64,000 bases of DNA from Vicugna vicugna (Eukaryota): assembly GCA_013265495.1 (NCBI GenBank), contig MU058337.1, forward strand, positions 5,250,716-5,314,715, in the 5' to 3' direction. Numbering within the stretch: the stretch's first letter is position 1; the number at the start of each line of letters is the position of its first letter. A program made the position numbers and the translations under genes. Positions 1 to 11,818 of the stretch are shown here, piece by piece. The notes beneath the pieces are model-generated. The model saw only the letters and a program-made list of their open reading frames with translations, ran no database searches and was not told the DNA's origin.

Positions 1-2554
1 TCCAGCGCCTAAAACAGTGCCCAGTACATATTATATACTCCATACACATTTCTCTTATGAATAAATTAATTGGAAATGATGTACAATATGAATAATAGAT
101 CTAGGAGTCAACAAAGGATACAAGTGGTATAGTGGATTTTGGATCAGCTTTCAGATGACATTTGCAAATTTCGTCAACAGATATTTGCTTAGAGAATGAT
201 TAAGTGAATGAATGAATGAATGACTTTTAAAAGTTTAATACACCTTGATTAGATTCAGCAGTTTGAACTAAAGGAGAGTATTTCAGGTTTAATGGGAGGA
301 AAGAGTTAACACCAATGTTAGGAGATAAATTTAGGCTACTAAAATATTAAAATTCAGCAAGAAAATTGTATTTGTCATGAAAAAAAAATCAAGAAAGCTA
401 ATGTAGAGTCAGATAACCAACAGCTCTTCCCAAACTCCCCATTTATATGTGTCACACTAATTGTTCAATCACTTACAGTCAAGTTTGCAGTTAAAAAAAA
501 ATCTCAATTTCACTCAAAATCCACTTGGATAATATTTTCAGCTAAAAGGAGGTGCCCAGGTTTTCAAACAGTAAAAGGTATACACCGAAGCTTTCAGGAA
601 GGCTAAATATTCCCGGGCAGCAATAAAAATAAGCTTAAATTTCCAAGAAAAAGGACTTTTCAACTGGGCCAAGGCTGTGGAATAAAAAGGTGTTTACTTA
701 ACATCTTTTCCAGACATCAGTGCAGAGCCGGAGGCATTTTTTTTTTTCCTCCCACGTAGTAAAAACACCTGGAAATATTAGGCGCTTCTGGGATAAGAAC
801 TAATCTCTCAGTCTTCTGAGTAGTTTTGCAGTTCCCGTTGATGCTGAAGGGAAATTTTAGGAGGGAAAAAAATGGAGAGATTGTTTTCATTAGCTTCAGG
901 GCAAAAAGATTTATCACTTCAATATTATTTTATCCCGACTAATAGACTCAATTCTCAAAGTCGTGCTCAGCAGTTAGTCAATTAATAACAACTGGGGGAT
1001 ACGATCAGGAGCGGACAAGTGCAGAGAACACTGAGCTATTTGTTCAGAGAAGGGTCTCTGATGCTGGCTCCGCCGTCCGCTGGCTGCCTCATCTTGGCCA
1101 GGTTCCTTAACCTGCTGAATTTCAGCTTCCAAAATGACATGGTCGAAGGGAATGTTGGTTTTCTCCCATTCTAAATTTCTGTGATTCTATTTTCTTTGTA
1201 TATTTGTCCAGAGTCTTCCAGGCATAAAGGAGGGATAGGAATATATAGACGCAAGCAAATGTAAAGATACATATTCACTTACATATGCACATATATTAGA
1301 GACGGAAATGATGGAAACTAGTGTTAGTTTTCTGGTAATGGGCATTTAGATAGAGTTAGTTTATGCAGTGTAAGTTTCCAAAGGTTAAAAATATGTTTCA
1401 TTCATGCATATATTTTATTTGCACTGGTGCCTTTCCCACTCGGCTGGCTGGTCAATAAAGCTGCTCAGTGGCTTCACCCTCAGCTTCCTCCTCATCACAG
1501 CACTGCTCAGGGTTTGTGTGCAGTGTATACAGCACACTACCCCATTTTACAATTTTTATTTACACTACCATTTCCATTATTTTCAGTATTATTCCAACAT
1601 GAGTGGAATCCATTCTACATAAATCAGAAAAAAAAAAAAACCCAGCAGACTAAAGAGAGATTATCTAAGTGAAGAGAGATGCTTGGAAGGTTGGATGCTG
1701 GCACTAATCAGGGACCCTGAGTGTGTCGTCTGAAACACTGACAAGTGTTATGGTTAATCGCAGTGTATAAACGCCCATATCAGAGAGGAACTTTTTCCCA
1801 CAATAGTACACAACTTTTAAACTGAAATTATAAGTATAAAAAAACAGTATGTGGACTTTGATGTACTATGTGGACTAGGTAGCTTGTAAACATTTTCTTA
1901 CTGTGATGGAAGTTGCCAGCAAAACCTTTTATTTTCATGAATGAATGAAGAAATTCAGTCTTCTAGCAATCTCATCTGACAGAAGCCTGGTAATCAATCT
2001 AGATAAATTCCTGTGAATGGGATAGGAATTAAATTGCTTTAGGAAAAAGGAAAGGGGTAAATGAGGCCAACAACCAAAAAGAAGAATTGCTGAGTAGCTA
2101 AGTGAGAACCAGAATGGTGAAGCCACTCTTTGAAGAGACAGCGGGGCATCATTTGTCTTTGAGGAACTCAGTCAGTTGCATCCCCTTTCACCCTCCGCTT
2201 TCCTCTTGACCGTGGCAACGCCTTTAACTTGTCTTACCTTTCAAGGTCTGGATGAAATGGTCAAATGACTCATTCTTTTAGTTAATTCTACCCCTACCTC
2301 AGTTGCTTTGGCAGTGTAGATTCGAGTGACGCCTCACTCTCAACAGTTCTTGAAAACCTAAATATCGTTAATATTTAATTTAATTAATTAAATGATCAGT
2401 TTTTACTTTTTATTGTGTCTGCTTTTCCAAAGCATGATTGCAATGGCTTAGATGCCTAAGTTCTTTAAGATTGATGAAGTTACAAATAACTGAAAAATCA
2501 AGTCCATTCACTTTCATTGAGAACCAATGATGTGTCTGTCACTTTCTGTGCCAT

Positions 2555-3250
2555 ATGTCATCAAATATGACACCATCCATTGTAAGATTCATTATCATTT
2601 TATGCACCAATAAGGAAGAGAAAATATGGCCAACTAACCTGTGATATGTTTTTCAAGCAGATGTTTTATTTTATATTTACTGAGAGAGATCTTTTTAGTT
2701 TATGTTTATGTTTATCATATCTCTATTCTTTAAATCAAAAGGAAAACACAAGTGAAATAAATTGGTTGAGATAGTCCTAAAATTTCTTTTTATTCACTAT
2801 TCTACCCAGCAAAACAATTCACTATTCAACTTGGAATTTTATGACTGTTTTTCATATCACATCATCTTCTTTATCATGAAGTGTCAACAATGCCATTTTA
2901 CTTAAAACAATCTATAAAAGAAGTCAAACTCCTTTGGTGCTGAATTATTTCCATGTTTGTATAGCTAGCCAAATTTTGGTCCCAACTCCTAGAATTTTGC
3001 TGAACTCATCTGAATCACCAAGATCCACACCTGGTCACCACACCCACTGAGTTCCCAGATTGCTCTGCTACTGGCTCCAGGATTGTATCCCAGGAAGCTG
3101 ACACCACTTTTGCAAGTTTCATTTTAGAGCTTCAATGTCTGAGCATCATCATGACTGCCTGGGTTAACAGAGACTGCAAGGTGCCATCAATTGCTATTGA
3201 TCTGATTTCAGACTGGTAAGAACGCGAACAAAATATTTGCCTCTTAACAT
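2555..3250. mobile_element. Old TcMar/Tigger-like DNA transposon fossil
   Basis: Repeated CCATC(C/A)ATTG subterminal-type motifs and weak resemblance to the pogo transposase C-terminus on the minus strand. Confidence 0.4.
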
Positions 3251-3804
3251 CAGCAATAGGTGATATTTTATCTTACTTAATCATGACAACAACTTCAGAA
3301 GGTGGGACTGTGTTGCCCACACAAGTCAGAGAAATGAACCAAGATAAAAATGTTAGCAAATTGTAGATACAGCATTTGTACATAAAGACAGTTGCTTCTT
3401 TTGGAACAGAACTGGTCTTAGGACAAATGACAAAGAAGGTACACCTTGTCCTGCACCTTCCATTTTCCACTTCAGTTGTTTTCTTTCTCTTTCCTGGCCA
3501 CTTGTTTGCAGGTACTCAGTGCTCTCTGATTCAGCTTGAACACTGGCTCATTCTTATACCCATCCTTTAGCACCATTTACTGCCTGAAATCACTCAGCTA
3601 GTCATGAAAAAACATTTAGGGTCCATCTATTAATTGCCATAAAGAATGATATCAAGTTTGAGATTCAGGAAAAAAATCCCCACAAGGAGGACAGATCCAA
3701 GGGATATTTCTCACAGTTTCTACTATTTCTTATGATTGCAAGTGATTCCTATTCTGTCCCTACAGGGGTACTGTGTTACATGCCTCCATTATTTCTGACA
3801 TCTT

Positions 3805-4210
3805 GTCACGAGTGCAGAAATGGACATACATTGCTTGGCACTCCCTTCAAGAAAAGACTCCTTAACCATCTGGGTGGGGAGTAGTTGGCTGAAGGTCACC
3901 AGCTGTTGGTCCTTTCAGAGACTTACCGCAGCTTTCCAGCCAAGGTCATGGCTCTTCTCAGGATGGCTGACCACTGGTTGCTGAGGGGAGTGGTGTGAGA
4001 GTCCAGCCATTTCTGCTCCATGTGGAATCCCTAAGGGACAATCACTGCATAAGAGCCACCCATGGGGCTGGCATAGAGCAAGGTCAGGTGGGCAGAGGAG
4101 TCTGATGGCTCCCCTTCCCCAAACTTGCTTCCTCCATTTCCCTTCCCAGGTGTTACTCCCCTCGAAAACTTCTCTACTCCTAATTCCTTTTCAACATTTG
4201 CTTCCCAATC
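3805..4210 (+). mobile_element. Old ERVL-type LTR (LTR16-like)
   Basis: Resembles LTR16 blocks (CCAAGGTCATG, CCAGCCATTTCTGC, CCCATGGGGCTGG, CAGGTGTTACTCCC). Confidence 0.5.
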
Positions 4211-5769
4211 TGCAAAATTTTGTTTTTCAGCTGCTTGAAATGTCCTCTCTTCCCCTCCATGCAAATTACATCTTCCACATTTTAAAGGCTGTCTTTAGTT
4301 CAGTGCCCTTCCCAAGTCTGTTCAGTCTTCTCCAGCCCATGTAGATAATCTTGACAGCCTCAGCTCATTTCAGAGTTACAGTGACAGCTATTTAGCTAAT
4401 TCTTGCATCGTGCAGTAACTGCCTTCTATGTGTTGGCTGTGTTTTCTCAGCACCTTGAAGGCATCCAGCATGGGTGGCAGATGTTACTGGTGCCTTGCCC
4501 AGGCCCCCTCACATTCACAGATTCTGTTGGTGTAGGTGGCGTGCCTTCGCTAAACGTTCAAAGGCCAGCACTGGCTGATCTCCTTCAGGGCACTGCTATC
4601 AGACTATTAGGACCATATTGTCAATACGTGTAGAGAGTCAGAAGTACCTGGATGTTTATTTATATTCCCGCCCCTTCTCCACTTGCCACCCCCCACGACA
4701 CTTACCCTCCTGAAGCCATTAACCAATTGTTATTATGAGTGAAAGCCCAGAAAATTTGCCAAGATGTAGACATCTTCGTGGTATAAGTTATAATCCAGCA
4801 TTTCCCTACATAATTGTGTTAAATCCTACTCTCTCTGAGTCTCTCGTCTCAAATGGCTTATCTTTTTCCTCTCCCTGTCCTACATCGTAGTGGCTCTCCC
4901 TGGGAGCACTCTTTAAAAATTAATTGCACATATATTCATCACAGTGTCTGCTTCTGGGAAATTGACACTAAGATAACGTATCATATATTTCCTGGGTACT
5001 ATCTGTAGCACCTAATGGCATGTGGAACACATTAGTTTGAGCCATAAACTGTTGCTGTTATTCAACTGTTTATGAGCAATAAAGATGGTTATTTCTAGCG
5101 GCCTAATAGTTGTGATGAATATTGAACGATTAAGAGGAAATGAATTACTTAATCTGGAAAAAAAGTAGATTAGGCTAGACTTAGCAAACTGCCTTTGTGA
5201 ATTTAAAAATGCATATAAATGTAATCATCATCATAATAACATATAGGCACACACGCAAATACATGATTGAATTCATGATAAGCAACCATTTTATACCCAC
5301 TTATAATGTGACAAGGGCAGGAAATCGGCTTAAATCAAAGAAGATTTCTGGTGACTTTTAGAAAAATGAATATACCCTTGGATCACTGGAATGCTTTTAA
5401 TAACAAGAAAACCATTGCTGGAGTCCACAATTTTAATTAAAAAGATTCATTACATCAATGGCTTAATGTTATATAAACATAAAAACCGGATCATGTCTAT
5501 AATTCTTATTTTGTTATGCAATGCTGTGAAAACTTATAGATGAAACAGTTTTATCAATTTTTCCACTAAAGATTCTTATGTAAGAGAGGCAACAATATTT
5601 TTTGTGTAACTTAAAGTATCATCTTGTCTAGATGTAGACATGAAATCCAATGGCCTCCGAAAGCTTTTTCCAGTCTTACAATGTGAGAATGTGTTGCAGG
5701 CTAATGAGGACATAACTTATTCAATATCATCTTCTATTTTATTTTCACACTGAAGTAGGAAGCTTCAGG

Positions 5770-5835
5770 TCCCTGGTGGTTTAGTAATTAGACACTATCA
5801 CGCCTGTGTTTTGAGATTGATTTCTGGTCAGGGAA
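5770..5835 (+). pseudogene. Decayed tRNA-Glu-like copy
   Basis: Begins TCCCTGGTGGTTTAGT and ends TTGATTTCTGGTCAGGGAA, matching tRNA-Glu ends (TCCCTGGTGGTCTAGT...TTCGATTCCCGGTCAGGGAA). The anticodon arm is degraded and shortened. Confidence 0.7.
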
Positions 5836-6379
5836 TGGAAATTTTTCAATTCCTAGTATAAAAATATTTGACTGCCTCTCTAAAAATACCTATTGCATCA
5901 AAGGGAAAATTATTCACACAAAGCATTTAAATCTTGAACAATTAAATTTGCGAACTAATTGGTATTTAGCTAATTTATTAAACAAATGCTGATTGAGCAC
6001 CTTACTGGGTAAAAAAAAGTACTAGACAAAGTGAAATAAGGATGCAAAGGCTTGTGAGGTTAGGTTACTCTCCTTAAGGGCTTTAAAGTCTAAGTAAGTA
6101 GACGTGTGTTTATAAATAATTATCATAAAAGGCAGCATGAAAACAAGAATAGGTTAAGACTTGTTTCAGAAACCACCCTCCCTGGTAAGGACTATTTACC
6201 ATCTAATAAGAAAAGTTTATTCTGTGGAGAAAAGCTGTAATATCTTGTTTTGGTCCAGATATAAAATAGCTGGTAATTGTAGATAAAACTCTTTTTTCTA
6301 GTTGTTAATTTGCTCCAGTTCTCTGTTTGTGCTTTCATTGGAGATGATCATTTAAGATAACATAAGATCTTTTGATTTT

Positions 6380-6780
6380 GTCATTCACAGCATTAACAGA
6401 TTGAAGGAGAAATAGCATGTTTATCTCAATAGATGTGGGAAAAGTTTTTTTTTAAAGAAAGAAAATCATTCAATATAAAAAAAGAAAACTTTTAATAAAC
6501 TAAGAATAGAAATAACCTTATCTAAAAAAGTTATCAACCAAAAAACCTCCAACAAGTATCACACATAGAGGTTAATTAGGGAAAGCTGTTCCTTTGAGAT
6601 CTGGAATGACCTCTGTGTCCAGTATTTCCAAGTTGGCCAGCACAGAAATTCCAGAAAGAGAAATAAAATAAAGTTGGAAAGGGAAAGACAAATGGTCATT
6701 TTGCAAAGAGAAAATAATTATGTATGTGGGAAATCTAAAAAGAAGCTACATTAAATTTTCAGAATTTGCAGGACTAAAGT
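6380..6780 (+). mobile_element. Degenerate L1 ORF2 fragment
   Basis: A-rich, with CATTAACAGA...ATCTCAATAGATG (the L1 RT ISIDAEKAF region); no intact frame. Confidence 0.6.
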
Positions 6781-9499
6781 ACTACAAGATTTCTGGACTC
6801 AAAACCAACGAGGAAGAGGGTGAAATTTGCGACCTCCAGTTCCAGTAGCATGCAGAACAGGATGTCGTCTCAGATCAGTGACCCGGAAGCAGGACCCAAG
6901 ACGTGGACTCGGGGGCACGTGATTTACCCAAGAGGTACTTCCAGGAGAAAGGGAGAATTGGTCCATCTCAACAGAGGCAAGAGGGACAGCTTTTTGTACA
7001 AAAATGTTCATTCATCACTGGCTCCAGATGGCCCGTGGGGTCAGGGAGAGGTCATATCTTCCTGTTTAAAAGAGGGCCATTCTCTGAAGAAGGAGAGAGG
7101 TTTGAGAAGTCAACACTATTCCTAACAGCTCTGGGGGTGGTGTCCTGGCCTGGATAAGGAGGCTTTGGACGTGGCAACAATAGTACCCAACACTGTTCAC
7201 CCTTTGCCTCTCAGTGCTACTTAGACCCACTCGCTTCTCACATGGCGTTTATTCCATCCAGGCACAGTTTCTCTAGGATTCTGGTTGGTCCCAGTCTCTC
7301 GAAATCTGTAAGAGGAGAATTAGCAAGGTGAGAACAGCCGCATGGCTACAGCTGGTCCCAAGCTGATCCCTGGTGCTCATCAGCCTTCTTGTCCACCAGG
7401 CATCCTAGCCCCCCTCCCCCTCAGGGAGGACTTTTGGGTGCTTTGCCGTACAGAGTGCTCCAGCCCCAACAGCCTTGAGGGGTCTGTGCCCCTGGTTACT
7501 AAGACATTTTACACAATAAACGAGGTATTCAAGGTTATTTTCAGAACTCAAAGCTTTACTCCTATCTTGTAGCAGATTTTATTACTAAGGACTCAAAATA
7601 TGCATCATTTTATTACTGTGTCTCTTGAAACATGACCTTTGTTTTCGGAAGTCCTCCAGTTCCTTGTGGTGATTGACTCTGCCGCTGCTGGGGACAGTGA
7701 GACCTCTGTTTTGCTCCCCACAGGAGTGTTTGTTTGGTACTATTGTTTATTCCTAATTTCATGGTCTTTCTTTTTTTTCCTTCTAAAATCGAGTTTTCCT
7801 TGAAAATACCATCTTAAAGTAGAACAAAATGATGAGTTAGGAATTTTTTCAATTAACCCATAAAGTAGGCATCTCACTTTGGTCTACACAGTATGATTTT
7901 CTAAGTCCAGTTTGTCCTCTGGAATCTTTCCCATATCACTGGCAGTTTCTTTTTCTATAAGAGAAATTAATTGCATTCCTTGCCCCTGTGTATTTCCATC
8001 CAGTTTAAGAATCGTAGCTTCTGCCTATTTGACTTTTACCATTGTCTTTCCTTCTTTTATCTGCTGCTGAAGGAGAAGCTAAGCCTATCTCCTACCTTTG
8101 GCTGATTTGAATGCAAAGAGGAAGTAATGACACATTAAACGCCCACGTGACAACCTTGCAAAGACCTCAAATCTGACTCCGCAGATGCTCTTTTACACCT
8201 AGTTGCACTTACATGTTTTTAGTGCTTCAGGTAACAGGCTACAACCTAAGTGCAGGGTCTACTCGGATTCCAGAACTGGTTCAGTGACCACCAATGAGGG
8301 ATGTGCACAGGACCAGCATGAGAGGGAAGAGAGCGGGCGAGTCCATTCTGGTCTATCAGGCAAGAATGCTTGTGAATCGGTGCCAACTACGGGAACTCTG
8401 TTGCTCAAAGGGATTCCTGCTTTATTAAGAGAGATTCTCCATAGGTGCACGTACCACTCCAGAGACACTGAGAATCTTCAAGGATGTATATAAGATCACC
8501 CAGGTGACCTTTATTCTCAGGAAAGTTTAGGAAACAATGCTTTAAGGAAAAGGATGTGAGGTGTCTTCCGAAACCTCGTAATATTTAAATGATGAATGAA
8601 TGTTTTGTGGTTGCCTGGAAAGTTGATTCATGCGGTGACAAGGACACCCCAGAGGCATCAATATCACACGTCCTGTTCTAGGTATAGGAAACAGTGTTAA
8701 ACCTCTTCCAGGCCCTCCACCCTCAAAATGCTGCTATTCTGCCTAGACTAAATTCTGTACCTGCTAATCCATGCGAGTGTGTTAGCAAGCAACAGATGCC
8801 TCCTGGTTAGCCTGTTTCTATTTTTAAAGTCTTATTTTCCCTGCCCAAAGTGTCTCTAACAGAGGAAATTCAATCATATCCATATTTGGTGGCAAGGGGG
8901 CCATATGTGAGCCCTGAAAGCACACAATATAAGCAAAATGTGTACAGATTAAAGTCAATCTTAAAAAGGGTCTCAAAAATATTGGAGCATCTGGACTAGT
9001 TACCTCCATGTAATCCCCCCATAAATCTGGTCTAACAGAATCCTTCTGCAGTTGAATTGGTTCCTATATTCCTAAGAGCAGGGAGCACTTCCCCCACCCA
9101 CCCCGGAGTTTTAAATTTCTCTTTTAGCAGGGATGTTGTTTTTTCGGCTACTCACTATGGTGTCAAATGAAACACTAATTTTTGGTGGAAATAAACAGTA
9201 GGGACAGATGACTTCATGAGAAACAAATATCCCATTTAATCAAATTCTCACTAGCTTGCGTTTCAGAGTTACTTCTGTTTCAAAGCTCTTGCTGGACTAT
9301 GAACACAATTTTCTGTAATTCACGGTTTACTGTCTTGATTGCACGTTGGCCCAGCTTCATCCTCTGTATTGTCAAATTCCTTCTATTCGACTGTTTTCTC
9401 TGTCTGACAGTGCCCCTTCTCTGATCTCGCACTCTTGAATACAGATTTAACTCACACCCTCAGTGCCTTCTAGGGGTGGGCACTGGAGTGGACTAGGGT

Positions 9500-9735
9500 G
9501 CAGGGACAAGTGAGAAGTTTGTCTCTGGGAGGCATAGGACGACTCCAGCTGCCTTTGCCCTGTGGAAATGCAAATCTCACTCGGCCAGATCTTCTTATTT
9601 TTTTAAATAATAAACCAAAAATCTCATGGTTTTCAAATGCTGGTAATTGATTACAATTTGTCAAAAATATTTTGTAAGCCAAACAAAACACACCTGTGAA
9701 TTATTTTGAACCCATAGGGCAGCAATTTGCTTTCA
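9500..9735. mobile_element. hAT-Charlie-type DNA transposon fragment
   Basis: GCCAAACAAAACACACCTG...GGGCAGCAATTTGC end resembles Charlie/MER58-class termini. Confidence 0.4.
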
Positions 9736-11227
9736 TTATATTATAGCAATGGGTAGCGTTACAAGGCCCATTAGACCTGGAAGAGATGCTCGCCCATCCT
9801 CCCTAATTTTACTTATAAGAAACTACAAGGATAATGGTCAGGTGGAAGGAGTGATGTGATATTTGGGACAAAAGTGTCTGCCTTTTAGGATGACTGTCGT
9901 CTTCAGTACTCAGGGACTTCCTACAGACTCCAAGACAGGAGTACCGAGTTTCTCCCACTGCTTTGTGGAAGCCCACGGGTTTCCCAAGACTTTCTTCATC
10001 ATCCATGGGATTGTTTGGCTCCTGAGCATGAATTATACATACTTGCATTGTAGTAGTTCAAATATGGACAGAGAAGGATCTGAAATGCCTGGTTGGTGAG
10101 AAGTGATGCTAAGATAAGTAAAATTGCTGGCTTTATCACCTCATTCCAAAAGTTTGTAAATATCTTGGTCTTTGTTTCATTACTATGATTTTCTACCTGA
10201 TAATTCTAATTTGACAAATTCCAAAGATACAGCACTACATATATTTAATATACACAGGGAAATAAACTAGCATTTTTATCAAACGATTAAGAGCAGTGAC
10301 TTAAGACGACTAGACAAATTGGTAAAGAGTTCTCTAAACAAATTGTTTATAAATTTGTTGAAATTACCTTCCATTTTGTGTTGTGAAGAATATTTCCATA
10401 CAGTTTCATCATTTGTTTAGAACTTAGCTTTTTATATAGTTGATCATTCTGAAATCTTCAGAAATTTGAAAAAAATTCCACATGGTTCTGTATTTTTTCA
10501 TGAAATGACAATTACTTTTTAATTTCCTTTAAATAATACAAAAGTGTTAAGATTGGCTTAATGTGAATGGATTGTACAAAAGGTTTTTTTTAGATGATAA
10601 GTTAATTAAATATACAGAACCAGACACTGTATTTTAAAAATGTGTGTATGTGACTTTGCTTCCATCCCTTGGACTACGATTTTGTAATAGGAAATTATTC
10701 TTTGTTTAGCGGTTCTGATTTCTCTTCTACAGGAAGTCTCCTTCAGTTTTCTCTCTCCTTGTATTTATGTGCTTGTGCGTGTATGATGTGTGTGAGGACC
10801 ACACATGAGGACTAAATTACTATCAAGAATTCCTTGGTGGGTTTAATATCTAACTACAAAGCAAGATGTCAGCCCCTGATTAAACTTTATAAGAAATGCG
10901 ACTAAGAGGGCAGATGTTCCCTGGGCCTGAGCAAGGGCGCTCAAGTTTCCAAGATTTCTCCAAACCTGCTCTGCCAGGAGCCCCAGGAAACATCAGATTC
11001 AGCTTCCTGTCCGGGTATCCTTACGGCGCCTGGAGGTGACCATCAATCTGTGAATGGACATCCAGCCTCATCCATGTAACAAAATATTCGAATGTGACGG
11101 GAAAATAACATGCTTGGAAGCTATGATAAACGTCACCGATGCCCTCCTGATCTAGCCATTTCACACTTAGGAGTGAAACTGGTCCACATCCTCAGACACC
11201 GCAGCCGGGAAGACAAGACCGCACAGT

Positions 11228-11263
11228 CACACACGCACATGCACACGCACACGCACGCACGCG
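11228..11263. repeat. 36-bp alternating purine-pyrimidine tract (CA/CG)
   Basis: cacacacgcacatgcacacgcacacgcacgcacgcg. Confidence 0.85.
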
Positions 11264-11599
11264 GGCCCTGCTGGCCTCTCTGCGGTGGCCCTGCGTGTGC
11301 CCCGCGTGTGCCCGTCTCCAGTGCACACAGCCGCACCGGCGAGACCACGGGAGGAGCTGGCGGAGGAGAGCCCAGCTGTTGCTGTGAGGCTGACGGTGGC
11401 AGCCAGAGCAGGAACCTGCTCGCACCGGCTCCCCGCCCACCGCAGCGCAGCCTCCTCTGCCTTCTCCTCCCTTCAGCCCCAGCTGCATCCAGCATCCCAG
11501 CCCCCGCGGCAAAGCCGACTCTGATTTAACAACAACAACAAAAAGGCCCAAAGGAAACAGCCCTCAGCCCTCAGCCCCCAGCCCGCCCCCGCCCTCTTC

Positions 11600-11741
11600 C
11601 CGGCGCTGGCAGGCCGGGCCGCCCGGGTGGCAGCAGCGCCAGTAACGCCGAGCGCAGAGCCGCCGCACCGGCCGGGGGGCGCGCGCCCACGGAGCCGCGG
11701 GAGGTGGGGGGCCGCGTCCCCGCGGTGGGTGCGCGCCCCTC

Positions 11742-11772
<31 letters not shown>

Positions 11773-11818
11773 ACCCGCACCCGCGGGACCATGAGCGCTC
11801 CGAGCACGGGGGTTACAG
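11600..11818 (+). other. NALCN: Putative NALCN exon 1 (5'UTR). 5' end approximate; donor ACAG|GTTGGT at 11818/11819
   Basis: Donor-like site inside the CpG island, followed by G-runs. The junction GGGGTTACAG|ACTGTGG agrees with my unverified recollection of the human NALCN mRNA leader. The TSS cannot be fixed from sequence. Confidence 0.72.
11742..11771 (+). repeat. (CCG)10 trinucleotide repeat in the putative 5'UTR
   Basis: Ten uninterrupted CCG units read directly. Confidence 0.95.

Noticed and set aside
4445..4466. Partial REST/RE1-like TCAGCACC
   Set aside because: The right half-site (GGACAG) is absent; I found no full RE1 by eye.
1..11100. A neighbouring divergent gene (ITGBL1 is the upstream neighbour in human)
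   Set aside because: No recognisable exons in this interval.
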